Below are positions 51,314-60,657 of a DNA stretch of 64,000 bases, one piece after another; the first letter of the stretch is position 1, and each line of letters begins with the position of its first letter. Below the pieces are notes generated by a model. It did no database searches. It had not been told where the DNA came from and saw only the letters and a program-made list of their open reading frames with translations. The position numbers were made by a program, and so were the translations under genes. The DNA is taken from positions 3,232,001 through 3,296,000 of the forward strand of contig CBDDPY010000002.1 in NCBI GenBank assembly GCA_965232515.1. Reading direction: 5' to 3'. Source of the DNA: Alphaproteobacteria bacterium. Its GTDB lineage: Bacteria; Pseudomonadota; Alphaproteobacteria; GCA-2731375.

Positions 51314-52324
51314 TCATCCTGGCGCAGGCCAGGAGGTGGATTCACATTCGAAGTGCAACAGGTGTTCGATGAAGACCTCGGCTGGGGTTCTGTAGTCAAG
51401 GCATTTCCGCGGCGTGGTGTTGTAGGCGCGCAGGTATTGGTGCAGGCGCCGGCGGTTGAGCTCGTCGAGGTTTGTCTTTCGGGGGATGAAGCGTCGGAAG
51501 CGGCCGATGGCGTTTTCGATGCCGCCCTTCTGCCAGGGGGCATGGGGGTCGCAGAAGTAGGTTTGCATGTCGATGTGCTGGAGTTCGGTGTGGCGGGCGA
51601 ATTCGGTGCCGTTGTCGAAGGTGACGGTCTGGCGCAGGTCGGGCGGCAGGTCGGCGAACAGGGCGTGCAGGTGGTCTGCGATGGGCTGTGCGGCCTTACC
51701 CGGTGGCCGGGTGGCGAGGAGGATGCGGGAGAGACGTTCATGGCAGACGAGGATGGCCTGGCCGTAGGTCGCGAACAGCATGAGGTCGGCTTCCCAGTGT
51801 CCCGGGGTTGTGCGGTCGTCGACGTCGGCCGGGCGATCGGCGATGGGCACGCGGCCGGCGATGAAGCTGGCCGGGCTGCCGCCCCTGCGGCCGCGCCAGC
51901 CGCGTTTGCTTTTGCCGCGCGGCAGCAGCAGGCGCCAGCGGAAGTCCTGGGTGCGGGCGAGCTGGGCATAGACGAAGCGGTAGATGCTTTCATGCGAGAT
52001 GACGTGTTGGCCGGCGGTGTGGGCGAGCCGGCCGGCGACCTGTTCCGGCGACCAGCCGCGTTTGAGGCCGTCGAGGACGCGGTCGCGCAAGCTCGGATCG
52101 CGTTGCAGGCGGGGCCCGGACCAGCGCCGGGCGCGGGCCTGCTGCTGGGCATAGGCTGGCTTGTAGCCGACCTGTCGGCCGCTGTTGCGTTTCAGTTCGC
52201 GAGAGACTGTTGATGGCGCGCGATCCAGAGCTGCCGCGATTTGCCGGATCGAGCGGCCGGCGGTTTGAAGGCGGGAAATCTCACACCGCTCTTCCAGTGA
52301 CAACTGGGCGTAATCGGATCCCAT
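51314..52324 (-). CDS. IS30-family transposase
   Basis: HTH STVSRELKRN, WSPEQ, SHESIY, GHWEAD, TFDNGTEF, PWQKGGIEN, PRKCLDYRTP. Confidence 0.95.
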   Translation of the reverse strand: MGSDYAQLSLEERCEISRLQTAGRSIRQIAAALDRAPSTVSRELKRNSGRQVGYKPAYAQQQARARRWSGPRLQRDPSLRDRVLDGLKRGWSPEQVAGRLAHTAGQHVISHESIYRFVYAQLARTQDFRWRLLLPRGKSKRGWRGRRGGSPASFIAGRVPIADRPADVDDRTTPGHWEADLMLFATYGQAILVCHERLSRILLATRPPGKAAQPIADHLHALFADLPPDLRQTVTFDNGTEFARHTELQHIDMQTYFCDPHAPWQKGGIENAIGRFRRFIPRKTNLDELNRRRLHQYLRAYNTTPRKCLDYRTPAEVFIEHLLHFECESTSWPAPG

Positions 52325-52372
52325 CGCAACACCTCCAACACAAGGTGTTGCACTTCGTTTGTGAACTCAGGG
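51335..52372 (-). mobile_element. IS30-family insertion sequence (~1.04 kb) inserted in a REP-like palindrome
   Basis: Imperfect IRs ggattcacattcgaagtgcaaca and tgttgcacttcgtttgtgaactc; 2-3 bp duplication (ga/gga). Ends are uncertain by +/-1 nt. Confidence 0.88.
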
Positions 52373-52392
52373 GATCCATTGCAGCCGCCGAT

Positions 52393-52420
52393 ATGGATCC
52401 TGGCCTGCGCCAGGATGACG
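52393..52420. repeat. CGTC-tagged REP-like palindrome; its partner (51313-51334 plus 52375-52379) is split by IS30
   Basis: atggatcctggcctgcgccaggatgacg is the reverse complement of gtcatcctggcgcaggccagga|tccat. Confidence 0.85.
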
Positions 52421-52438
52421 GGAAGTCCCGGGATCCTG

Positions 52439-54277
52439 TTACCGCCGGCCGAAGAGTTTTTCGATATCGGCGAGCTTGAGCTCGACGTAAGTCGGGCGGC
52501 CGTGGTTGCACTGGCCGGCGCGCGGGGTGCGTTCCATCTCGCGCAACAGCGCGTTCATCTCGTCGAGGGTGAGCCGGCGGCCGGCCCGGACGCTGCCGTG
52601 GCAGGCCATGGTGGCGCAGACATGATCGAGGCGTTCCTTCAAGGCCAGCGCCTGGTCCAGCTCGGCCAGGTCGTCGGCGAGGTCGCGGACCAGGCCAGCG
52701 ACATCGGTCTCACCCAGCAGCGCCGGCACCTCGCGCACAATGACGGCGCCGGGCCCGAAGGCTTCCAGCACCAGGCCCAGCTCGGCGAGTTCGGCCGCGC
52801 GTTCGCTCAAGCGGGTGACGTCGGCCTCGTCGAGCTCGACCACGTCGGGCAGCAGCAGCATCTGCCGCTCAACGCCGGATGCCGCCATCTGCGCCGTCAT
52901 GCGCTCCAGCACCAGGCGTTCGTGCGCCGCGTGCTGGTCGACAATGACGATGCCGTCGTCGGTCTGGGCAACCACATAGGTCTCGTGCAGCTGGCCCCGG
53001 GCCGCGCCCAGCGGATAGTGCTGTGCCGCCACCTCGACCGCGGCGTCGGCATCGGGTTCGGTGCGCGCCATGGGCTGCAGCGGCGCCTGGAAGGCCGCCG
53101 CGGCCTCCGCAAGACCGGCCGGCACAGTTGAAGCCGGCTGGTGATAAAACAGGTTCGGCCCGCGCGACGGCGGCAGGCTCGCCGGCTGGAAGGCGCCGAG
53201 CGCCGCATCGGAGACCGTGGTGGCGGAGCGATGGCCGGCCTCGGCCAGCGCGTGGCGGATGGCGCTGACGATCAGGCCGCGCACCAGGCCGGCATCGCGG
53301 AACCGCACCTCCGTCTTCGCCGGGTGCACGTTGACGTCGACCAGTTCCGCCGGCATGTCGAGGAACAGGGCCACGACCGCGTGCCGGTCGTGCGCCAGCA
53401 CGTCAGCATAGGCGCCGCGCACCGCGCCGTTCAGCAGCTTGTCGCGCACCGGCCGGCCGTTGACGAAGAGGTACTGCGCCTGCGCGTTGCCGCGGTTGAA
53501 GGTCGGCAAGCCGGCATAGCCGGTGAGATGCAAATCGCCGCGCGTGGCGTCGATCGGCAACGCGTTCTCGGCGAAATCCCGGCCCAGCACGGCCGAGAGC
53601 CGCTTCAGGCGGGCATCGAACAGATCGCCGTCGGCGACGGGCAGATTCAGCACCGAACGCCCGCCGTCCGTCAGGCTGAAGCCGATGTCGGGCCGGCTCA
53701 TGGCCAGCCGCCGGACGACGTCGGCGGCATAGCTGAACTCGGTGCGCGGCGACTTCAGGAACTTGAGGCGGGCGGGCGTCGCGTAGAACAGGTCCCGCAC
53801 CTCGACCCGTGTGCCGGGCGGCTGCGCGGCGGGTGCTGCCTGCGACTTGGCGCCCGCCTCGACCCGGATCGCCCAGCCGGAATCGGCGTCTGCCGTGCGG
53901 CTCGCGATGCTGAGCCGGCTGACGGCACCGATCGAGGGCAGCGCCTCGCCCCGGAAGCCCAGCCAGTCGATGTTAAGCGAGCGGTCGTCGGGCAGCTTCG
54001 AGGTGGCGTGGCGCTCGACCGCGAGATCTAGTTCGGCCGGGCGCATGCCGCGACCGTCGTCCGAGACCCGGATCAGCTCGCGTCCGCCCTCGGCAATCAC
54101 CACGTCGATCTGCCGTGCGCCGGCGTCGATGGCGTTCTCGACCAGCTCTTTCACCGCGCTCGCCGGCCGCTCCACGACCTCGCCCGCCGCGATCCGGTTG
54201 ATCGTCGTCTCCGGCAGCACGCGGATCTTTGGCGCCGTGGCGGTACCGTCGTGATCGGTGGAAGCTTGCAGGCTCAT
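52439..54277 (-). CDS. mutL: DNA mismatch repair endonuclease MutL
   Basis: [47 protein letters not shown]. Confidence 0.97.
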   Translation of the reverse strand: MSLQASTDHDGTATAPKIRVLPETTINRIAAGEVVERPASAVKELVENAIDAGARQIDVVIAEGGRELIRVSDDGRGMRPAELDLAVERHATSKLPDDRSLNIDWLGFRGEALPSIGAVSRLSIASRTADADSGWAIRVEAGAKSQAAPAAQPPGTRVEVRDLFYATPARLKFLKSPRTEFSYAADVVRRLAMSRPDIGFSLTDGGRSVLNLPVADGDLFDARLKRLSAVLGRDFAENALPIDATRGDLHLTGYAGLPTFNRGNAQAQYLFVNGRPVRDKLLNGAVRGAYADVLAHDRHAVVALFLDMPAELVDVNVHPAKTEVRFRDAGLVRGLIVSAIRHALAEAGHRSATTVSDAALGAFQPASLPPSRGPNLFYHQPASTVPAGLAEAAAAFQAPLQPMARTEPDADAAVEVAAQHYPLGAARGQLHETYVVAQTDDGIVIVDQHAAHERLVLERMTAQMAASGVERQMLLLPDVVELDEADVTRLSERAAELAELGLVLEAFGPGAVIVREVPALLGETDVAGLVRDLADDLAELDQALALKERLDHVCATMACHGSVRAGRRLTLDEMNALLREMERTPRAGQCNHGRPTYVELKLADIEKLFGRR

Positions 54278-54362
54278 GGCAATGGTCGTTCTCGAATCGT
54301 GCGCTAGCGTAACAGGTAAAACATAAGCCCGTAAGCGACGCGCCGCTTCCCGTTTGCTGCCG

Positions 54363-55238
54363 TCAGCCCTCCCAATTGTGATGCCGGGCGAGGCGCAGGA
54401 AGGCGGCGACGGTGGGGGAGAATCGGCGGCCGGCGACAGTGGCGAGGCTGATGGTGCGGGCGATTTCGGGTTCGACCAGCACGCGGGTGGCGATACCCGG
54501 CATCACCGGCAGGTATTCCGGCATGACCGAACAGCCCATGCCGGCCAGCACCATGGCCTGGATCCAGTCTTCGCGCTCGCTCGAGTAACGCAACCGGACC
54601 TCGAACGGCTTTGGCCGGCCGAGTTCGTTGAAATGGTCCATGTATTCGCAGTTGACGCGCTGCAGATAGTCCTCGTCGTCGAGCTGCGACAGCGGCACGG
54701 CGGGCATGCCCTCGAAGCGATGCCCCTTCGGAAAGGCGATCATGTAGCGCTCGTCGTAAAGCGGCACGATATCGAGCCGGTCCGGGTAGGACGGCAGGCC
54801 GACGAGCGCCACGTCGAGGTCGCCGGCCAGCAACCGCTCGGTCAACCGCTTGCCGCTCGCCTCGTGCAGGTTCAGGTCCAACGACGGGATCTCGCGCCTG
54901 AGCCGGTCGAGGAAGCCGATCAGGCGCCGCGGCCCGATGGTGCACATGACGCCGAGCTTCAGCGGCGCCTTTTCGAGGTTTTGGAACTCGGCGGCTTCGG
55001 CCTGCGCCGCCAGGCTCGCCTCGTGGACGGCCTTGAGATGCGGCTGCATCAGCCGGCCGAGATCGGTCAAATGAGTGTGGTTGCGCTCGCGCCGGAACAA
55101 GGGACCGCCCAGCTCCTGCTCCAGCTTCTGGATCGCCCGCGTCAGCGACGGTTGCGCCACGTCGCAGGCCTTGGCGGCCCGCGTGAAGTTCAGCGTCTCG
55201 CAGACGGACAGGAAATAGCGCACCTGGTGCATTTCCAT
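54363..55238 (-). CDS. LysR family regulator (OxyR-like features)
   Basis: [22 protein letters not shown]; GVMCTIGP; RVNCE (Cys197). Confidence 0.9.
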   Translation of the reverse strand: MEMHQVRYFLSVCETLNFTRAAKACDVAQPSLTRAIQKLEQELGGPLFRRERNHTHLTDLGRLMQPHLKAVHEASLAAQAEAAEFQNLEKAPLKLGVMCTIGPRRLIGFLDRLRREIPSLDLNLHEASGKRLTERLLAGDLDVALVGLPSYPDRLDIVPLYDERYMIAFPKGHRFEGMPAVPLSQLDDEDYLQRVNCEYMDHFNELGRPKPFEVRLRYSSEREDWIQAMVLAGMGCSVMPEYLPVMPGIATRVLVEPEIARTISLATVAGRRFSPTVAAFLRLARHHNWEG

Positions 55239-55293
55239 GAACGGTTAACCATACCTCCCGATGTCTTCACCATTCGTCCAAAACTTGCTCACA

Positions 55294-55375
55294 AGCTATC
55301 ACAAAATTGTAATCGCGGGCGCTATTTCACTGAAAATAGCCAGTTTTAGGCTAGTTCAATGCACAACAGCTATCA
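55294..55375. promoter_or_regulatory. Candidate LysR operator / divergent promoter
   Basis: AT-rich gap with GCTAT half-sites at 55295, 55321 and 55369, and an imperfect dyad gctatttcactgaaaatagc (55321-55340). Confidence 0.4.
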
Positions 55376-55466
55376 AAACAGAAGTTCTGGAATATTTCCA
55401 ATCTGCGTCACCCTTCCCATCTTTCGGGCATCGAACCGCAAACCTTCCGACCAGGAGAGAACCCCC

Positions 55467-55937
55467 ATGTCGAATACTTCGTTTCTGAAAGGCCTGATCG
55501 CCGCCGGCGGCCTGGCCATCGCCATGACCGGCGGCGCACAGGCGGCCGAGCCGACCGTGGTCGAGTTGACCCAGACCGCCTGCCAGTTCCTGGAGTCCGA
55601 GCATGGCGTCGACCATGGCTTCAAGACCGCCAGCAAGGCCGATTGCGAGACCATCAACAACACCTCCGGCGACGAGCGCCTGACCAAGTCCAAGGTGCTT
55701 GAGCTGAAGCCCGGCAAGCATGTCTTCCGCGTCACCAACCGCGACGTGCCCTACGCGCTCGGCTTCTGGCTGCGCGGCGACGGCGTGATCGGCCGGGCCA
55801 CCCTGCCGAGCGTCTCGGGCGGCGGCCTGACCACGGGCGCCACCAAGGACTACGAGATCACGCTGAAGGAAGGCGAGTATCTCTACTCCTGCCCGCTGAA
55901 CCCGACGCTCGACTACAAGATCGTCGTCAAGAGCTGA
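55467..55937 (+). CDS. Exported cupredoxin-like protein
   Basis: AGGAG RBS, Sec signal (AQA), LKPG..VFRVTN, LKEGEYLYSCPLNPT. Confidence 0.8.
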   Translation: MSNTSFLKGLIAAGGLAIAMTGGAQAAEPTVVELTQTACQFLESEHGVDHGFKTASKADCETINNTSGDERLTKSKVLELKPGKHVFRVTNRDVPYALGFWLRGDGVIGRATLPSVSGGGLTTGATKDYEITLKEGEYLYSCPLNPTLDYKIVVKS

Positions 55938-56011
55938 CCGGCGACGTGCGATGGGCGGGTCCCTGCGGCCCGCCCGCACCACGCGTTGGGGCGCGAGGAG
56001 AGGACGAGATC

Positions 56012-57439
56012 ATGAGCAAGGTGATCAAAGCAGACATTGCCGTCATCGGCGCCGGCTCCGGCGGGCTGTCGGTCGCGGCCGGCGCCGCCCAGATGGGCGC
56101 CAGGACCGTGCTGATCGAAAAAGGCAAGATGGGCGGCGACTGCCTGAATTATGGCTGCGTGCCGTCGAAGGCGCTGATCGCCGCCGCGCAGGCCGCCAAT
56201 ACGGTGCGCCATAGTGGCCGGTTCGGCGTCAATGGCCATGAGCCGGAGATTGATTTCGCGGCCGTGCACGATCATGTGCACGGCGTCATCGCCGCCATCG
56301 CGCCCCATGACTCCGTCGAACGCTTCGAGGGCCTGGGCGTCGAGGTGATCCAGGGCGCCGGCCGCTTCACCGGGCCGCGCGAGATCGAGGTCGACGGCCA
56401 GCGCATCCGCGCGCGTCGCTTCGTCATCGCCACCGGCTCGTCGGCCGCCGTGCCGCCGATCCCGGGCCTCGCCGACGTGCCCTACCTGACGAACGAGACG
56501 ATTTTCGACCTGACCGACCGGCCGGAACATCTGATCGTCATCGGCGGCGGCCCGATCGGCGCCGAACTGGCGCAGGCGCATCGCCGCCTGGGGGCCGAGG
56601 TGACGATCCTGGAAATGGCCCGAATTCTGGGCAAGGACGATCCGGAGGTCACCGAGATCGTGCGCCAGCGCCTGGCCGATGAAGGCGTCGCCATGCTGGA
56701 AGGCATTTCCATTGCATCTGTCGCACGCGACGGCAACGGCATCGCCGTCAGCATCGAGCAAAACGGCCAAGAACGCACCGTCAGCGGCTCGCATCTGCTA
56801 GTCGCGGCCGGCCGCCGCGCCAATGTCGACGGCTTGAACCTGGATGCCGCCGGCATTGAGTATTCGCCGCACGGCATCACCATCGACGCGCGCCTGCGGA
56901 CCACCAACAAGCGCGTCTTCGCCATCGGCGACGTCGCCGGCGGCTACCAGTTTACCCACGTCGCGGGCTATCACGCCGGCATCGTCATCCGCAACGCGCT
57001 GTTCAGCCTGCCGGCCAAGGCCAATCACGACGCCGTGCCCTGGGTCACCTATACCGACCCCGAGATCGCCCATGTCGGCCTGACCGAGGCGCAGGCGCGC
57101 GAAACGCATGGGGACGCTGTCAAGGTCGTGCGCTGGTCGTTCGCCGAGAACGACCGGGCCCAGGCCGAGCGCGAGACGGACGGCCTGGTCAAGGTCGTGG
57201 TCGGGCCGAAGGGCAAGATCCTGGGCGCCAGCATCGCCGGGCTGCATGCCGGCGAGCTGCTGCAGCCTTGGGTGCTGGCGATCAGCCAGGGCCTGAAGAT
57301 CGGCGCCATGGCCAACATCATCGCGCCCTATCCGACGCTCGGCGAGGTGAACAAGCGGGCGGCCGGCAGCTACTACACGCCGACGCTGTTCAGCGACCGC
57401 ACCCGCAAGGTGGTCGGCCTGGTGCAGCACCTGCCGTAG
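56012..57439 (+). CDS. Class I pyridine nucleotide-disulfide oxidoreductase (Lpd/MerA-like)
   Basis: GAGSGG, GGDCLNYGCVPSK, GGGPIG.E, AIGD; C-terminal APYPTLGE; no Cys-Cys tail. Confidence 0.92.
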   Translation: MSKVIKADIAVIGAGSGGLSVAAGAAQMGARTVLIEKGKMGGDCLNYGCVPSKALIAAAQAANTVRHSGRFGVNGHEPEIDFAAVHDHVHGVIAAIAPHDSVERFEGLGVEVIQGAGRFTGPREIEVDGQRIRARRFVIATGSSAAVPPIPGLADVPYLTNETIFDLTDRPEHLIVIGGGPIGAELAQAHRRLGAEVTILEMARILGKDDPEVTEIVRQRLADEGVAMLEGISIASVARDGNGIAVSIEQNGQERTVSGSHLLVAAGRRANVDGLNLDAAGIEYSPHGITIDARLRTTNKRVFAIGDVAGGYQFTHVAGYHAGIVIRNALFSLPAKANHDAVPWVTYTDPEIAHVGLTEAQARETHGDAVKVVRWSFAENDRAQAERETDGLVKVVVGPKGKILGASIAGLHAGELLQPWVLAISQGLKIGAMANIIAPYPTLGEVNKRAAGSYYTPTLFSDRTRKVVGLVQHLP

Positions 57440-57523
57440 GCCGCCGACCACCCCAACCAACACTATTCGAAAACGCTTTCACGGTTCGCCGCAGACGCGG
57501 CGGGCCGACGAGGAGAGACTGTC

Positions 57524-58270
57524 ATGACCGAAGTATCCGCTACCGCCAACGGTGCCCCGGCCAAGGCCGGCCTGGTCAAACGCCTGGCCCCGCTCACCGT
57601 GATGGCGGCCGCCATCGGCGCCTTCTTCGCGCTCGGCCTCGATCAATACGTCACCTTCGACGCCCTGCGCGAACACCGGGCGCTGCTGACCGGCTTCGTC
57701 GCCGAGCAGACCCTGCTGGCCGTCGCGCTGTTTATCGTCGTCTATGCGACCGCGACGGCACTGTCGCTGCCCGGCGGCGCCGTGCTGACCGTCACCGGCG
57801 GCTTTCTGTTCGGTGCCCTTGGCGGGACGATCTGGGTGGTGATCGGCGCAACGCTGGGCGCGACCGGCATCTTCCTTGTCGCCAAGACCGCGCTGGGCGA
57901 CGCGCTGCGCGCCAAGGCCGGTCCGGCGCTGAAAAAAATGGAGGACGGGTTCCGCGAGAACGCGCTCAGCTATCTGCTGGTGCTGCGGCTGATCCCGCTG
58001 TTCCCGTTCTTCGTCGTCAACCTGGTGCCGGCCTTCCTGGGCGTAAGCCTGCGCACCTACATGATCGGTACGTTCGTGGGCATCATCCCGGGCAGCTTCG
58101 TCTTCGCCTCGGTCGGCGCTGGCCTGGGCAGCATCTTCGACGCCGGCCAGGCCTTCACGCTGACCGGCGTGCTGACGCCGGAGATCGTCACTGCGCTTGT
58201 CGGCCTGGCCGCGTTGTCGCTGCTGCCGGTGGTCTACAAGAAAGTGAAGGCCCGCCGCGCCGCTGCCTAA
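57524..58270 (+). CDS. TVP38/TMEM64 (DedA/VTT superfamily) membrane protein
   Basis: SLPGGA.LT..GGFLFG, GATLGA, LRLIPLFPFF.VN, GIIPG. Confidence 0.92.
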   Translation: MTEVSATANGAPAKAGLVKRLAPLTVMAAAIGAFFALGLDQYVTFDALREHRALLTGFVAEQTLLAVALFIVVYATATALSLPGGAVLTVTGGFLFGALGGTIWVVIGATLGATGIFLVAKTALGDALRAKAGPALKKMEDGFRENALSYLLVLRLIPLFPFFVVNLVPAFLGVSLRTYMIGTFVGIIPGSFVFASVGAGLGSIFDAGQAFTLTGVLTPEIVTALVGLAALSLLPVVYKKVKARRAAA

Positions 58271-58332
58271 GGATCGCATCCCGGACAACAGGAGACGAAC
58301 CGACCAACCCGCCGACAATGGGAGGCCCCCTT

Positions 58333-58371
58333 GGGTCGCGTGCAGAGACATCTGCCGCGGCCCCTTTTTTT
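58333..58371 (+). terminator. Rho-independent terminator
   Basis: gggtcgcgtgcaga-gaca-tctgccgcggccc followed by T7. Confidence 0.7.
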
Positions 58372-58400
58372 GTCCTGTGTACCGCGACGGAAAATTGCCA

Positions 58401-58459
58401 TTGACTCATTTCGACGGTTCATTTATCAATCAATTAGTTAATTAACTGATTGGCTAATT
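58401..58459 (+). promoter_or_regulatory. Sigma70-like promoter with ArsR-type operator palindrome
   Basis: TTGACT-N17-TATCAA, then the near-perfect dyad caattagttaattaactgattg (58431-58452) just before the ATG. Confidence 0.65.
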
Positions 58460-58816
58460 ATGCAAACAGAAGCCCTCGATCCCCTGAGCGCCGCCTTTGC
58501 CGCGCTGGCAGATCCGACCCGCCGGGCGATCCTGGAGCGGCTGGCCGACGGGGAAGCGCCGGTCGGCGATCTGGCGGCGCCGTTTTCGATCACGCCGCAG
58601 GCGGTCTCGCGGCATATCAAGGTGCTGGAGAAATCGGGCTTGATCAGCCGTCGGATCGACAAACAGCGGCGGATCATTCGCCTGAACCCGCAGGCGCTGA
58701 AGCGGACCTCCGATTGGGTCAACCGCTACCGTGCCTTCTGGGAGGGCCAGTTGGACTCCCTCGGCGCCTTCCTCGAGAAGCAAAGCAAGGAGAAGCCCGA
58801 TGGCAAACCTCGCTGA
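58460..58816 (+). CDS. ArsR/SmtB family transcriptional repressor
   Basis: [39 protein letters not shown] (SRPBCC-associated type). Confidence 0.92.
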   Translation: MQTEALDPLSAAFAALADPTRRAILERLADGEAPVGDLAAPFSITPQAVSRHIKVLEKSGLISRRIDKQRRIIRLNPQALKRTSDWVNRYRAFWEGQLDSLGAFLEKQSKEKPDGKPR

Positions 58817-59312
58817 CCGCATGCTGACCGACGATGCGGCGACCGACGACCTGCTGTCGGTCTGCGTGCGCAAGACCGTCAATGCGAGCCCGGAACTGAC
58901 CTTCGCGGCGCTGACCGAACCCGAACTGGTCGTTGGGTGGTGGGGACCGGCCGGCTTTACCAGCGACTGGGCCGAAATCGATCTGCGGCCCGGCGGGGCG
59001 TTCCGCATCCACATGGCCGCCTCCGACGGCAGCTATGAGGGCGTGCTGAGCGGCACCTACCTGATCGTCGATGCGCCGAAGCGCCTCAGCTTTCAGATTA
59101 CAGACCACTGCAACGGCGCGCCGGAGTTGTTCGACGCCACGAAGATGGCGCCGACGCTGGTCGAGATCGTATTGCGTCCGATCGACGGCGGTCAGACCGA
59201 GATCACGCTTACTCATTCCGGCTTCCAGGACGCCGTCATCGCCTGTGCGCATGAGGGCGGCTGGTCCGGCGCGTTCGAGAAGTTCGCCCAGGCCGTCGGG
59301 ACGCGGCCATGA
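58800..59312 (+). CDS. SRPBCC/AHSA1 domain protein
   Basis: [30 protein letters not shown]. Confidence 0.88.
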   Translation: MANLADRMLTDDAATDDLLSVCVRKTVNASPELTFAALTEPELVVGWWGPAGFTSDWAEIDLRPGGAFRIHMAASDGSYEGVLSGTYLIVDAPKRLSFQITDHCNGAPELFDATKMAPTLVEIVLRPIDGGQTEITLTHSGFQDAVIACAHEGGWSGAFEKFAQAVGTRP

Positions 59313-59342
59313 CACATCCGAGGACATGAAAGGGACAGCACC

Positions 59343-60002
59343 ATGTCGACAGTTATCATTCACGGCTCGGCCAACAGCCAGTTTCTGCGCACGGCGCGCA
59401 TGGCCTGCGAGGAAAAGGGCGTCGCTTACGAGCTGCAGCCCGTCGGCAGCAACACGCTGCCGGATCTGAAGACAGACGCACACAAGAAGCTGCATCCCTT
59501 CGGCCGCATCCCGGTGTTGACGCACGGCGATTTCACGCTGTTCGAGACGTCCGCCATTGCCCGCTATATCGACGAGGGCTTCGACGGCCCGGCCCTGCAG
59601 CCGGCCGACCTGAAAGAGCGCGCGGTGATGAACCAGTGGATCAGCGCCATCAACCACTATCTGGTCAACGCCATGATCTTCAACTTCGTCGCCCAGTTCG
59701 CCTTTCCCTCGGGCCCGGACGGCACGCCCGATATGGAGAAAATCGAGGCCGCCAAGCCGCTTATCCGCGAGTACAACGAAATTCTCGACCGGCACCTTGA
59801 CGGCCGGACCTATCTCGCGAGCGACGCCGTGTCGATCGCCGACCTGCTGCTGGCCCCGATCGCCCACTATGTCGGATCGATGCCGGGCGGACTGCCGCTG
59901 TTCGACGGCCTCGAGAATCTGGGTCGCTGGTGGTATGCCATGGAGAAGCGCGACAGCTTCCAGGCGACGAAGCCGCCGATGCTTGAAAAACAGGCCGCCT
60001 GA
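59343..60002 (+). CDS. Glutathione S-transferase family protein
   Basis: HPFGRIPVL, LFETSAIARYID, YLA...SIADL. Confidence 0.92.
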   Translation: MSTVIIHGSANSQFLRTARMACEEKGVAYELQPVGSNTLPDLKTDAHKKLHPFGRIPVLTHGDFTLFETSAIARYIDEGFDGPALQPADLKERAVMNQWISAINHYLVNAMIFNFVAQFAFPSGPDGTPDMEKIEAAKPLIREYNEILDRHLDGRTYLASDAVSIADLLLAPIAHYVGSMPGGLPLFDGLENLGRWWYAMEKRDSFQATKPPMLEKQAA

Positions 60003-60093
60003 CGCGGCCCGTCCGGCGACAGGGGGCCGTGGCGATGTCCGCGGTCCCCTGCGCCAGAACTTAACGCATTACCAAACCGCAGCAATTCCGCGC

Positions 60094-60507
60094 TCAGCCG
60101 AGGTTGGCCGACACCTCGTTGCTGAAGCGCGTGTCCGACCGGATGTCAGGATAGGCCGAGATCAACGCGATATATTCCTCGTTGCCGGCCTCCTGGTTGC
60201 CGAAGTCGAAGTCCCGACGGATGTCGAGATCACGGAATGCCTGACCGTTCGGCCGCACCGTCCGCCGCCCGACTTCGCCGATCAAATCGTCACGGTTGCC
60301 GTTGGGCAATTGCGTCGCGAACAGATCAGTGTCGTGGGCGATGTATTGATCGCGGCCGTCGTCGCGGTCGTAGAGATCGGCGAACACCAGAAACGGAATG
60401 TTCAATTCCTGCTCCGTCGCCGAAAAGTTTACCCGGCAACGAACCCGAGCAAACTCGGTCGAGCCGTTGCGGCCAACCTCAAGGTTCACGTTGGATACGC
60501 GTGCCAT
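60094..60507 (-). CDS. Hypothetical beta-rich protein (137 aa)
   Basis: AAAGGA RBS; normal amino-acid composition; fills the gap between the GST and ankyrin genes. Confidence 0.7.
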   Translation of the reverse strand: MARVSNVNLEVGRNGSTEFARVRCRVNFSATEQELNIPFLVFADLYDRDDGRDQYIAHDTDLFATQLPNGNRDDLIGEVGRRTVRPNGQAFRDLDIRRDFDFGNQEAGNEEYIALISAYPDIRSDTRFSNEVSANLG

Positions 60508-60657
60508 CTGCTTTTCCTTTCTCGGTTCGAGGCGAGCCGTTTCGGCTCGCGCACCCGGCTTTCACCACCGGGTACCCTTCAAGCTAGGAAGCGCGGAATG
60601 GGCAGGCTGTGAACCGGCTCACGGGCCGGCAAAAGCGCAATTTTCGTTCGTGACGAG

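Noticed and set aside
51287-52213. 308-aa ORF coupled to the rsmD stop
   Set aside because: It is antisense to the IS30 transposase and would not exist at the empty site.
54363-55238. Bona fide oxyR
   Set aside because: It lacks the GHC(L/F)R motif and the second Cys, and there is no catalase or ahpC neighbour.
56012-57439. Mercuric reductase MerA or dihydrolipoamide dehydrogenase
   Set aside because: It has no C-terminal Cys-Cys, no NmerA domain and no mer genes nearby; it also lacks the HPT catalytic His and 2-oxoacid dehydrogenase neighbours.
60508-60600. Guanidine-II (mini-ykkC) riboswitch
   Set aside because: There are twin hairpins, but the loops lack ACGR and the downstream gene is not a typical target.
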